Virus record (IMG/VR): IMGVR_UViG_3300014838_000014 | Location: 46,372-110,371 of that record | Direction: 5' to 3' (one strand) | DNA length: 64,000 nucleotides | Source of the DNA: a virus | Made by a program: the position numbers and the translations under genes | Shown here: positions 1 to 9,675 of the stretch, piece by piece | Position numbering within the stretch: the stretch's first letter is position 1 | How the letters are laid out: every line of letters begins with the position of its first letter | The notes under the pieces: model-generated | Databases searched by the model: none | Seen by the model: only the letters and a program-made list of their open reading frames with translations | Told to the model about the DNA's origin: nothing

Positions 1-783
1 ACCTTTTTTGAATGCGATGTGAGCACCGTTGAAGTTAACGCTCACGTCGATCTCATAATCAATATGGCATGTCCAGCATCGCCGCCGGCATATCAATCGA
101 TGCCAGTTCACACCATGATGACGTGTGTAAATGGCGTGCAGCACATGCTTGAATTAGCTTGTACACACGGTGCAGTGTTTGTTCAAGCGTCGACGAGCGA
201 AGTTTATGGCGATCCAATAAATTCTCCACAACGGGAATGTGATTGGGGAAACGTTAACTCATACGGACCACGATCGTGCTACGACGAGGGTAAACGGGCG
301 GCTGAGTCTCTGTGCTATGATTACTTTCATTCTCACGGCGTTGATGCAAGGTTAGTTCGAATATTTAATACGTACGGTCCTTGCATGGATCCATGGGATG
401 GTCGAGTGGTGAGCAACTTCATTAGACAAGCCTTGCAAAACGATCCAATCACGTTGTATGGCACCGGAAAGCAAACCAGGAGTTTTTGTTACGTTAGCGA
501 TACTGTTGATGCGATCGTTAGAATGGCGGCATTGAAGAACAATCCGTTAACGCCGATCAACGTTGGAAATCCGAATGAATTCACGATAATTGAATTGTAC
601 GATTTGTTGCGTAAGAAGTTGGGTGACCTTCGGCTTGAAATGAAGGAATTGCCTGTCAATGATCCAACGGTGCGGCGTCCTGACATCACGTTGGCACGCA
701 ACGTTCTTGGATGGGAACCAAGGATTGAACTGAGCGAAGGCCTTGATATGACGATAGAACACTTCAGGAGGGTTCTGAAGTGA
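1..783 (+). CDS. UDP-glucuronate decarboxylase / UDP-xylose synthase-like SDR (5'-truncated by window edge)
   Basis: ACPASPPAYQ, ASTSEVYGDP, GPRSCYDEGKRAAE (YxxxK), RIFNTYGP, DGRVVSNFI..AL, QTRSFCYVSD are hallmark UXS motifs. Confidence 0.9.
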   Translation, partial: TFFECDVSTVEVNAHVDLIINMACPASPPAYQSMPVHTMMTCVNGVQHMLELACTHGAVFVQASTSEVYGDPINSPQRECDWGNVNSYGPRSCYDEGKRAAESLCYDYFHSHGVDARLVRIFNTYGPCMDPWDGRVVSNFIRQALQNDPITLYGTGKQTRSFCYVSDTVDAIVRMAALKNNPLTPINVGNPNEFTIIELYDLLRKKLGDLRLEMKELPVNDPTVRRPDITLARNVLGWEPRIELSEGLDMTIEHFRRVLK

Positions 784-1688
784 CAATTTACATGTACGTG
801 CATCCTGCGTATGCAGATTGCATTTTTTACTCACAAACGACGGCGTTGTTCACGTCGTTAAAGCAGGCAGGCGTTGTGATTGCCACTGGAGACGACGAAT
901 TTTCTAAGTGTTTGCCGTTGCCGAGTGATAAGCTTATCACGTATGGTGTTTTTGACAACGTTTCTGCGCTGGTTGAACGATGGTTCCTACCCGAGAACAG
1001 GTGGATGTTCGTCGTTGATGAGCAGGGTGGAGGAGACAACGGACCTTATTCAAGAGCGTTGAGTTACATGCAGAAACGTGACGCGAAGAACATCCTCGTG
1101 ACGTATCAAAACGCAAAGGACCTTATGTTTTTGACGAATTCAGGAGTCAGGTTCTCAATCATGCCTCATTGTGTCCTCAACGTGAGACAGTTGACGAACA
1201 AGACAAGGGATGTGATCGTGTCGGGACAGTTCGATCAAAACTACTACCCAGTTCGAACTCGCGTCGCCGGTTTGATTCAGGGATACCTCAAGAACAACGT
1301 TGAGGTTCTTCCACATCCTGGGTTCGAAATTTCAACGGCTCATCACAACTTGTACGGTGAGAGGTACTTCGAGCACGTTGAAACGTTTCGAATGGGCGTT
1401 GTGTGTAAAGCCGGTTGGCACGATCGAATGGTGGGTAAATACATTGAGTTCGGTGCGTGTCACGTGCTTCCCATCGGTGATTGTCCGTCGTACATGCCTA
1501 AGGCAATGAAAGAATCGATGCTCGATGTTTCAGAGATGAAGGACGCCGACTTAATTTCTGAGGTCGCACGATTGTTGGCGACGCCGGATGAGTTGAACCA
1601 ACGAATCGAAACGTATTCTGAATGCGTTGCAGCATATTACACTGCTTTGCCTAATGCCCGCCGCGTCGTTGAGGAGATCAGCTCTTGA
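780..1688 (+). CDS. Putative glycosyltransferase (GT-B-like C-terminal half)
   Basis: DVIVSG...YYPVRTR, HPG, LYGERY, KYIEFGAC..LPIG; coupled to sugar-nucleotide gene. Confidence 0.6.
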   Translation: MTIYMYVHPAYADCIFYSQTTALFTSLKQAGVVIATGDDEFSKCLPLPSDKLITYGVFDNVSALVERWFLPENRWMFVVDEQGGGDNGPYSRALSYMQKRDAKNILVTYQNAKDLMFLTNSGVRFSIMPHCVLNVRQLTNKTRDVIVSGQFDQNYYPVRTRVAGLIQGYLKNNVEVLPHPGFEISTAHHNLYGERYFEHVETFRMGVVCKAGWHDRMVGKYIEFGACHVLPIGDCPSYMPKAMKESMLDVSEMKDADLISEVARLLATPDELNQRIETYSECVAAYYTALPNARRVVEEISS

Positions 1689-1725
1689 TGTTGTATACTT
1701 AGAACCAGAAGAAGGAGATCGAACA

Positions 1726-2076
1726 ATGCTAAATCCACTGAAGACCTGCTTGTGTGCGTTAACCATCGCGTGTGTCACTGCGTGTACTGCTGCCGAACTC
1801 ACCACCGCGAAGGCAATAACTGCCGTTGTAGGACAGGTGTGCGAGGTTGTGTTCGTTTCTGCAGATCCAGCGTTGGCTCCACTGTGCACGACCGCCGTTG
1901 AACTCGAGAATGCGATTCAGCAGGCGATAAATGAATTTCAGACGACCGTCGTCGATGGTGGCGTTGCCAGCTCCGCTCCTGCCGCGAAGCAGCACGTTCC
2001 AGCAAACAACGAAGTCTATGCTACGTTGCTGAAGCGAGGGAACAGCAAGGTTCTTGCGTACACGGTGAAGAAATGA
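1726..2076 (+). CDS. Putative lipoprotein
   Basis: SD AAGGAG before ATG 1726; hydrophobic signal with lipobox-like VTAC. Confidence 0.5.
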   Translation: MLNPLKTCLCALTIACVTACTAAELTTAKAITAVVGQVCEVVFVSADPALAPLCTTAVELENAIQQAINEFQTTVVDGGVASSAPAAKQHVPANNEVYATLLKRGNSKVLAYTVKK

Positions 2077-2360
2077 TCGTCACTCAGCTCAATGCGGTCG
2101 ACATCGCTAGCTACCTCGCTGCAGGCCTTCTTGCCTCTTCGAAGCTGTTAGACGCTGCTAAACCTGTGTGGGATAGGTTTCCAAAATGGTTGGCAGTTGC
2201 AATTCCTGTCTTTGTGCTTGATATTCCTCAGGTGACGCAGGCGCTCATGACGGTTAATTCGGGTGTAGGATTGACGGCTGCATTGTTAACGTCAGTTGCG
2301 CTTTTGCTTCCTGGCATTGAAAAGGCAGAAGCTGGAACGGTGACCGTTTCAAAGCAATAA
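2073..2360 (+). CDS. Small membrane protein (holin-like candidate)
   Basis: 95 aa with 2-3 hydrophobic segments, ATGA-coupled to lipoprotein gene. Confidence 0.4.
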   Translation: MIVTQLNAVDIASYLAAGLLASSKLLDAAKPVWDRFPKWLAVAIPVFVLDIPQVTQALMTVNSGVGLTAALLTSVALLLPGIEKAEAGTVTVSKQ

Positions 2361-2378
2361 AGCGATCAAAGCTTGCTT

Positions 2379-2407
2379 ATGGGCCCTGTTTTGGGCCCAT
2401 TGTTTTT
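2379..2407 (+). terminator. Intrinsic terminator
   Basis: ATGGGCCC-tgtttt-GGGCCCAT hairpin followed by TGTTTTT. Confidence 0.75.
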
Positions 2408-2414
2408 AAGCGTT

Positions 2415-2444
2415 GTGTAAACGTGTGGTCCGTTGTGGTACTGT
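2415..2444 (+). promoter_or_regulatory. Sigma70-like promoter upstream of dnaE
   Basis: GTGTAA-N18-TACTGT with extended TG; near-identical layout at 7486-7515. Confidence 0.55.
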
Positions 2445-2469
2445 TCAACCATGGACTCGATAACAATAA

Positions 2470-4719
2470 ATGAACAGTAGATTACCTCAAAAATTCGTTG
2501 GAATACACTCTCACACGGGATTCAGTCCATTTGATGGGCTCGGGTACCCTGACGAACATTTTACATGGTGTATGGAAAATGGATTAGATGCACATGCAAT
2601 AACAGACCACGGAAATTGTAACGCCTATGCTCACGCACAGCTGTGGATCGAGAAGTGGAATGCAGAGCACAAGGATAAACCTTTCAAGTACATTCCTGGC
2701 GTTGAGAGCTACTTTCACCCAGATTTGACGGCGTGGGAACAAGATAAATCGATCGCCGATCAGGCTCGTATCGATAAGAAGGTTGCAAAGAAGGTTGCTT
2801 CCTCACAGGAGGAGTACCAAACGAAGCTCATCGTCAACACAGATCAGAACGACGAGACAGAAAGCATCGAGATGACGAACGCTCTCGTCGTTGAGGACGA
2901 GGATGAGAGCAAGTCGACGAAGCACTTCAATCCCGTCAACCGTCGTCATCACCTTGTCCTGTTACCGAAGAACACCGCAGGTCTGTTGAAGATCTTTGGT
3001 CTCGTGTCGTGGTCGTACCTCCATGGGTTCTACAGGTTTCCAAGGATAGATGCCAAGCTACTTCGTGAGGCTGCAAAGGATCGCAACATCATCGCATCGT
3101 CTGCGTGCATTGCGGGACAACCTGCGTTCAATGTGTTTCAAGAAATACAGAAGCTATCGTTCGACGAGCTTGATCAGAAGCTTCTCGACGATCCTTCGCT
3201 TCTCGAGCGGTGCGTTACGTCTATTGGCAACACGTATGACCTGATGACAGACGTTCTTGGAGACGGTAACTACTACCTTGAGCTTCAGTTCAACAAGCTC
3301 GCCGCTCAGAACCTCGTGAACAGAGCGATCCTCGAGTTCGCAAAGCGTAACGGCGTCGAACAACAGCTCGTGGTGACGTGCGATTCACACTATCCTCGGC
3401 CTGAACTGTGGAAGGAACGTGAGCTCTACAAGAAGCTCGGATGGATGAACTACAAGGAGATCGATTCTGCTTCGCTACCGAACTCCGTCGATGAACTCAA
3501 GTGTCAATTGTACCCGAAGAACGCGAAGCAGCTTTGGGATGAATACCTTCTATCCAAGGAGGGAACCAGTTTCTACGATGACGACGTGATCTGCGATGCC
3601 ATCGAACGTACACACGACATCGCTCACCACGTGATCGGTGAGGTGCCGCCTGATCGTTCGCCGAAGTTCGCCGATAAGTTGCTTGTTCCAGAGGACATCA
3701 CGGCGTTCAATCACCTCGTGAAGCTGTGCATGGATGGAATGGTCAAACGCGGTCTACGTGACGATCAATCGTACGTTGACAGGTTGAAGGAGGAACTCGG
3801 CGTCATCAAGACGATGAAGAACGCCGTGTACTTCATATCGTACCAAAAAATAATGGAACTCGCTAGGAGCGTTTGTTTATGCGGTCCTGGTAGAGGTTCA
3901 GGAGGTGGATCTCTCGTTGCTTACGTCCTGTACATCACAGACCTCGATCCATTAAGGTGGGATTTGCCGTTCTCGCGGTTCCTGAGCGTGTACAGGAAGG
4001 GTGCACCTGACATAGACACCGACCTATCAAATCGCGACAAGGTTCTCGATCAATTAAGGGCATTCTTCGGGTTTGAGAACGTGGTTCCCATCTCGAACTA
4101 CAACACGTTTAAGTTAAAGACCCTTGTCAAGGACATCGGAAAGTTCTACGGCGTGCCTTTCGAGGAGACGAATGCGGCAACGAGGACGGTTGAGGAGGAG
4201 GTGCGCAAGGCGACGATGAAGGACTCGGATGATAAAAATCTTTTTGTCTTGCAGTTTGATGATGCGATGAAATATTCTCCATCGTTTAAATCTTTTATTG
4301 AAAGGTATCCAAACGTTGCAGAATCAATTAAGATATTGTTCAAACAGAACAGATCGCTTGGTCGCCACGCCGGGGGTGTATTGATTGCTGACGACTTGCC
4401 GAACAAAATGCCGCTTGTGGCAAGTCACGGCGAACCACAATCTCCATTTGTTGAAGGCGTAAACTTCAAACATTTGGAATACATTGGCAACTTTATTAAA
4501 TACGATTTGTTGGGCCTTGAAACGCTTCGTTTGATTGAAAGAACGATTGAATTAATAATCGAAAAAAATGGAGGAATTATTGAATTAGAAATTGATGGTG
4601 TCAAACATAGGTTGCTGGCTTCAGCGTACGTTAAGTTGGTTGATGGTTCATTTGTGAAAGCTGGTCTCTTAAAGGTTGATGATGATGTTATCATTCCAAT
4701 GGAGACGAGAAATGACTAA
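2470..4719 (+). CDS. dnaE: DNA polymerase III alpha, N-terminal fragment (PHP + palm) with intein-like C-terminal stub
   Basis: HSHTGFSPFDG, AITDHG, GPGRGSGGGSLVAY, PDIDTD, GRHAGGV, KYDLLGL; tail LEIDG..VKLVDGSFVKAGLLKVDDDV. Confidence 0.95.
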   Translation: MNSRLPQKFVGIHSHTGFSPFDGLGYPDEHFTWCMENGLDAHAITDHGNCNAYAHAQLWIEKWNAEHKDKPFKYIPGVESYFHPDLTAWEQDKSIADQARIDKKVAKKVASSQEEYQTKLIVNTDQNDETESIEMTNALVVEDEDESKSTKHFNPVNRRHHLVLLPKNTAGLLKIFGLVSWSYLHGFYRFPRIDAKLLREAAKDRNIIASSACIAGQPAFNVFQEIQKLSFDELDQKLLDDPSLLERCVTSIGNTYDLMTDVLGDGNYYLELQFNKLAAQNLVNRAILEFAKRNGVEQQLVVTCDSHYPRPELWKERELYKKLGWMNYKEIDSASLPNSVDELKCQLYPKNAKQLWDEYLLSKEGTSFYDDDVICDAIERTHDIAHHVIGEVPPDRSPKFADKLLVPEDITAFNHLVKLCMDGMVKRGLRDDQSYVDRLKEELGVIKTMKNAVYFISYQKIMELARSVCLCGPGRGSGGGSLVAYVLYITDLDPLRWDLPFSRFLSVYRKGAPDIDTDLSNRDKVLDQLRAFFGFENVVPISNYNTFKLKTLVKDIGKFYGVPFEETNAATRTVEEEVRKATMKDSDDKNLFVLQFDDAMKYSPSFKSFIERYPNVAESIKILFKQNRSLGRHAGGVLIADDLPNKMPLVASHGEPQSPFVEGVNFKHLEYIGNFIKYDLLGLETLRLIERTIELIIEKNGGIIELEIDGVKHRLLASAYVKLVDGSFVKAGLLKVDDDVIIPMETRND

Positions 4720-5863
4720 GTTTTACGTTTACGTTGATTCAACAACTGAAGAAACACCAAGACCTTTTTACGTTGGAAAGGGCACCAAAGACAGGATTGA
4801 TAATGAACAGCGAAACAAACGTCATGTATTTGTTTCAAATAAACACGGCTTTTCAAGAAGCGTTGTTTTCACGACTGAAAATGAAATTGAGGCGCTTTCA
4901 CACGAAGTGAAGTTGATTGCAGAACTTCACACCTACGTCAAGGATCCATTATCATCGTCGATTTCAGCAAATTTTACGTATGGTGGCGAAGGCGTTATTG
5001 GTATAAATGAACGTTGGGTTGAACAGTACAAAGACGGCGTTTTAGTCAAAAAATTTGCTAACTTTCATGAAGTTGCCGAACACTTTGGATTTACTAAGTC
5101 TGGCGTTGTTAGCAATGCATTCTCTGGTAGGTGCGTTTTTCCAGTCGTGATGCGAGAATTTACGTGGAACGTTGAACCATCGAGAAAACGTAAGTTGTCA
5201 TCGACACATGGAAATTCAATGATTATTCTCGAATTAAATCCGCAAACAAATGAAGTAATAAAAGAATATGCGTCAATCACAGAAGTTGTAAAATCAAAGA
5301 AAATAATGTACTCATACTTGATGAACGCAATTCGTTCGACCAATCCAAAAGCAATGGAGAAGTTGATCGCTAAAACGGGTAGCAAGTGGGCATTCAAGGA
5401 TGAAAAACACAACGTAGGAAAAATTCATAATTCGAACGTTCAATCACCATCAGGTCCTAAACCCGTGGTCGTTGTTTATTCAACTGGTATAAAACGTATA
5501 TATCCTTCAACTGTCAGGGCAGCACAAGCGTTGGGCATTAATCCAAATGAGTTGCTAGCGATTCTTCACGGTGATAACATTCAACGATCTGATTTTACGT
5601 GTTCATTTCTGCACGAAAGCGATCATCGTAAGGACGTTGTTAGGTCGAAGGAATGGATCAATGCGCTTGCTGGCATAAATGGAATTCAAATCGTGAAATT
5701 GGATAAGTCTGGAAACGTCATAGAAAAATTCAACTCAATTTCAGAGGCTGAACGTCGCGAAGGGTTTATGCATCATGAAATTTATAAACAATTGAGAATT
5801 GATAGCGTTTTGCATGCCAATGGGTTCACCTACAAACGTGTTGAGGAGCAATCGAATGTCTAA
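4712..5863 (+). mobile_element. Homing endonuclease (GIY-YIG-like N-terminus, NUMOD1-like repeats) inserted in dnaE
   Basis: FYVYVD...RPFYVGKG; repeated V.Q..(D/K)G..V..F.S..EA/V modules; AT-richer than flanks; 8-nt ATGnCTAA overlaps at both ends. Confidence 0.85.
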
Positions 5864-7481
5864 AATAACCTCAATCAATTCCGTCGCCACGTCGTTTGAC
5901 GACATCAAATCGTGGTACGAAACGCACCTTGCACCAAACGTCATTGACTTTGATGATCAGAAACCCTACGAAGTCTACTCTGAGGGACGGTTTTGCGGTA
6001 TATTCCAGTGCACAGGCCAAGGTGCCCAACGATTGTTTAAAAAAGCAAAACCCAAGAGCATCGTTGACATTGCAGCGTTGACGTCGATATATCGACCGGG
6101 TCCTCTTGCGGCGCACGTCGACAAGCTTTGGCTTGAACACGAACAATCGCCGTACGATTGGGGTCATCCATTGATAAATGAAACGTTGAAAAATACTCGA
6201 GGATTATTGGTGTTTCAAGAATCTGTGATGCACCTCGTCAACAAGGTTTCAGGGTTTCCGATGGCTGAGACCGATGAGGTTCGACGTGCCATCATGAAGC
6301 GTAGCATTTCTGGTGGTGAAGCTGCCAAAAAGAAAATGCAGGAACTTGAGGACAAGATTGTTGCCGGCGCAGTCAAGAACGGCGTTCCTGAGCCAACGGC
6401 ACGTAAGATGTACGAAACGATATGCTTTATGTCAGGTTATGGTTTCAATTGTGCGCACGCCGTTGCCTATAGCATCGATTCGTTTTGGTGTGCGTGGCTT
6501 TTAACGTATTATCCTGATGAGTGGGTCTGTTCATATCTCGAGTCCATGTCTACGACGCCCGATAAACGAGCAAAGGCATTCGGTGAGGTGAAGTCGTTGG
6601 GTTATCAGATCGTATCGATCGATGTCAATTACGCAAAGAAGGGTTGGACAGTTCTTCCCGGCAAGAAGTTGATGCCATCAATGTCATCGTGCAAGGGCGT
6701 CGGTGAATCGGCCGTAGATGAGATCATCTCCATGCGTCCGATTGAATCGATCGAGCGGTTGCTGTGGAACGATGACGGATCATGGCGTCCAAGCAAATTC
6801 AATTCCAGAGCGCTCGGTACGTTGATCAAGGTCGGTGCGTTCGATAGCCTCGGTTGCGTGGGTCCTGATAGAGTGTTCAAGAACTACAAACACATGCATG
6901 AAACGCTTCTTGGTTCGTATGAGGAAACCATCACACGCAGGCGAAAGGGCATCGAAGAGACGGTCGTCGTCTCTCGTGACCATTCTACTCTGCTCAAGCG
7001 ATCGACAAAGAAGGATCCACATGAGGGTCGACGTAACTTCTTTGAGCTTGCCCGTGGTCTCGCTGAAACGTGTACGGAGGAATGGACGAACCGCGAAAAG
7101 GCAGAGCTATATGCAGAGGCGTTTGGAACGGTTGACGTCATGATGATGTTCGATCAGACGTTGTTCGATAGGCTTGCTGAGAAGAACGTTCGATCTATCG
7201 AGGAGCTTGAGGTCGGTGAGAAGGACATCGTCTGGTTTGTCACCGTTGTTTGTGCGGCGAAGAAAGGCAAGGGCGTACCTTCAGCAGGAACCATGAAGAA
7301 GACCAAGAACGGTAAGTCGTACGCTCAACCGTTCGTCACCGGTCCGTCAGGAAAACCGCTACGCCTCAACGTATGGAGCGCGAAGGAGCTATTGCCGACG
7401 TATAAGCTGTGTTTTGCTGAGGTTGACAGGAATGACTACGGTTTCTCAACGACACAGTGGCGAATCAAGGAGATCGCATAA
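5856..7481 (+). CDS. dnaE: DNA polymerase III alpha, C-terminal fragment
   Basis: GIFQ, ALTSIYRPGPL, TRGLLVFQE, GYGFNCAHAVAYS, KGVGE HhH, LIKVGAFD; SD GAGGAG before ATG 5856. Confidence 0.93.
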   Translation: MSKITSINSVATSFDDIKSWYETHLAPNVIDFDDQKPYEVYSEGRFCGIFQCTGQGAQRLFKKAKPKSIVDIAALTSIYRPGPLAAHVDKLWLEHEQSPYDWGHPLINETLKNTRGLLVFQESVMHLVNKVSGFPMAETDEVRRAIMKRSISGGEAAKKKMQELEDKIVAGAVKNGVPEPTARKMYETICFMSGYGFNCAHAVAYSIDSFWCAWLLTYYPDEWVCSYLESMSTTPDKRAKAFGEVKSLGYQIVSIDVNYAKKGWTVLPGKKLMPSMSSCKGVGESAVDEIISMRPIESIERLLWNDDGSWRPSKFNSRALGTLIKVGAFDSLGCVGPDRVFKNYKHMHETLLGSYEETITRRRKGIEETVVVSRDHSTLLKRSTKKDPHEGRRNFFELARGLAETCTEEWTNREKAELYAEAFGTVDVMMMFDQTLFDRLAEKNVRSIEELEVGEKDIVWFVTVVCAAKKGKGVPSAGTMKKTKNGKSYAQPFVTGPSGKPLRLNVWSAKELLPTYKLCFAEVDRNDYGFSTTQWRIKEIA

Positions 7482-7485
7482 CGCA

Positions 7486-7515
7486 GTGTAAACGTGTTGT
7501 GAGTCGTGGTACATT
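7486..7515 (+). promoter_or_regulatory. Sigma70-like promoter
   Basis: GTGTAA-N18-TACATT with extended TG. Confidence 0.55.
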
Positions 7516-7547
7516 TTTGATTGTTGAGGAGGTACGTTGAAGTGTTT

Positions 7548-7859
7548 ATGACAAGTGAAACATTGTTTGACATTGAACCCGCAAACGATAGTGAGTGTAC
7601 GAGGTTCGTTGTTTCTGCGTGTCCTACGTCAGTCACTTTCATGATTGATGATGGAAACTTCAGCGTTCGACGTATAAACGGTGAAACAAGCGTTTTGCTT
7701 TCAAAGAGCCTAACGTTGGAACAGGCACGTGAGCTCGGCAAAGAACTCACAGATTTCGTTCGTCGTTGTGAAAGTTGTCGAACGAACGTTGCACTGATAA
7801 TGTCTTCGATTGGCACGAACTTTGAGAAAGATGATTGCGTTGTAAAGGGCGACCAATGA
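7548..7859 (+). CDS. Hypothetical protein
   Basis: ORF after promoter, GAGGAGG upstream. Confidence 0.55.
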   Translation: MTSETLFDIEPANDSECTRFVVSACPTSVTFMIDDGNFSVRRINGETSVLLSKSLTLEQARELGKELTDFVRRCESCRTNVALIMSSIGTNFEKDDCVVKGDQ

Positions 7860-8058
7860 ACGTTCTCATGTTGAATTTTAATACTATCTTTATCGTGGAA
7901 GTTATTTGGTTTATTTCAACAGGAATAGAACGTGAAATGTGTTATTGATGTATATTATCGTATTCTTGCGATCCTTGTCGTCAAGGTGGCTTTGCTTGTT
8001 GGTACGTACTTTATTTTCTATTGGTTGATACACGAACTTACATTTTAAAGGAGCGACG

Positions 8059-8256
8059 ATGCCAACGTATGAGTACGAGTGCAAACGATGCAATTGCACG
8101 TTCGAAGAGACACAGAGGATCACAGATCAGCCCATAAAACGCTGTCCAAGGTGCTCTGGTGTGGTATCAGGTGGCACAGGCGTGGTGTTCAAGGGCGGTG
8201 GGTGGGCAGCTGACCTCTACGCAAAGCCCGTGCAATCGAACGATGATTCTAAATGA
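8059..8256 (+). CDS. FmdB-family zinc-ribbon protein
   Basis: MPTYEYECKRC..FE......PIKRCPRC...GVVFKGGGW; SD AAGGAG. Confidence 0.85.
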   Translation: MPTYEYECKRCNCTFEETQRITDQPIKRCPRCSGVVSGGTGVVFKGGGWAADLYAKPVQSNDDSK

Positions 8257-8822
8257 ACAATCAACGCATTGTTATGTTGGTCGGACCTGACATGTGTGGT
8301 AAGACGAACATCGCCGCTCGTTTATCGTTGGCAACAGGAATCAGAACGTTCAAGGCATCGTCTGAACACAAGGCGTTCCTTGGAGATCAGAGGCAGTTCA
8401 TCAACGATCTGCGTTACGCTGACCCACGCATTCTCGACTTCATCAAGCAAACAGGAACGAGCGTGATCTTCGACCGCGCATACCCGTGTGAATGGGTGTA
8501 TTCGAAGTTCTTCGGACGCGAGACTGATGAAGCAGTGCTACGCTACATCGACGATGGCTATGCTAGCATTGGTGTAAAAATCATCGTGTGTACGCGGCGA
8601 TCGTTCGTTGGGATCAATGATGATTTAAACTCGAACATCGATGAAAAGGCCCTCAACGAACTGTCTAGGTTGTACAAAGAATTTTTATGCACATGGACGC
8701 ATTGCGCCGGAACAACGTTGTTTGTAGATGAGCTCAACAACGACGTCCACCGTGAGGTTGATGAAATTATGCGCGTGATGGGTTACAATCGCGACGAACG
8801 TTGGGTGGTGTCTCATCTATGA
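8253..8822 (+). CDS. Deoxynucleoside monophosphate (thymidylate-kinase-like) kinase
   Basis: P-loop GPDMCGKT; IFDRAYPCEWVY. Confidence 0.75.
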   Translation: MNNQRIVMLVGPDMCGKTNIAARLSLATGIRTFKASSEHKAFLGDQRQFINDLRYADPRILDFIKQTGTSVIFDRAYPCEWVYSKFFGRETDEAVLRYIDDGYASIGVKIIVCTRRSFVGINDDLNSNIDEKALNELSRLYKEFLCTWTHCAGTTLFVDELNNDVHREVDEIMRVMGYNRDERWVVSHL

Positions 8823-9106
8823 AGTGCAAAATACATACAACGTACGTCGGTAAACAAGAACCGACGAAGACGATTGCTCACCCAGACGGTTGTCCAACGT
8901 GTTGGGAAATATTTGATTCTCAATCGTTATCGAATGCTTTATCGACGGTGAACATTGAATTGACGCTTGAGGAGGCTAGGTTGTTCACGGTGACGTTGTA
9001 CAGCATCATCAACATGGGCTTCGATTCGTCACGACACCAACCAGCATTGAAGAAGTTGTTTGAGTTGTTACACAAAGCAGAACAAGGAAATGCATCAAAT
9101 GGGTAA
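8819..9106 (+). CDS. Hypothetical protein
   Basis: ATGA-coupled ORF with C..H...CPTCW. Confidence 0.5.
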   Translation: MKCKIHTTYVGKQEPTKTIAHPDGCPTCWEIFDSQSLSNALSTVNIELTLEEARLFTVTLYSIINMGFDSSRHQPALKKLFELLHKAEQGNASNG

Positions 9107-9647
9107 TCCGCATAGCCTGGTCTGGTTGGACATTGAAACGACCGGCCTCAATCCAAGCAAAGACTCGATTCTTGAGGTTGCAGCTGCCATAGCGCCGTTT
9201 GATGATCCATTCAACGTCACGTTCATTGTAGACAACGTCATTTGGTTTCATCCTGATCTGGTCAATCATCAGGATAAGTTCATCATTGACATGCATACGA
9301 AGAATGGGCTGTGGCGTGAGTGCGGTCACAACCTTAACGCAAAGGACGTCGGTGAGGTAGAAAACGAACTTTTGAAGTTCATCACTATTCCACAAGATCA
9401 TAATGAATTCACGCTCGCTGGATCATCGGTGCACTTTGATCATTCGTTCATCACCGCGTGGATGCCGAGGTTGACGAAGAGGTTGTCGCACCGTCACTAT
9501 GATGTCAGCTCCATTGAACTGTTTGCACGGAGCCATGGTATGCTGCCCCCAGAGAAGGCAGGAGCACACCGTGCGATGCCTGATATCTTGGAATCAATCA
9601 AACGCGCAAAGGCGTGTCGTGATTGGTTGATGGCGACTCTGCAATGA
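9099..9647 (+). CDS. orn: Oligoribonuclease-like DEDDh exonuclease
   Basis: LVWLDIETTGL, MHTKNGL, LAGSSVHFD..F, HRHYDVSS, HRAMPDILES. Confidence 0.85.
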   Translation: MGNPHSLVWLDIETTGLNPSKDSILEVAAAIAPFDDPFNVTFIVDNVIWFHPDLVNHQDKFIIDMHTKNGLWRECGHNLNAKDVGEVENELLKFITIPQDHNEFTLAGSSVHFDHSFITAWMPRLTKRLSHRHYDVSSIELFARSHGMLPPEKAGAHRAMPDILESIKRAKACRDWLMATLQ

Positions 9648-9675
9648 AGTCACACGTTTGATTACGTTACTTACG

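Noticed and set aside
4712-5863. Group I intron interrupting dnaE
   Set aside because: The endonuclease ORF overlaps both dnaE halves, leaving no room for a ribozyme core, and the C-half has its own SD and ATG.
4570-5890. Canonical splicing split intein in DnaE
   Set aside because: No N-terminal Cys/Ser block, no TxxH and no His-Asn followed by Cys/Ser/Thr; reported instead as non-splicing stubs.
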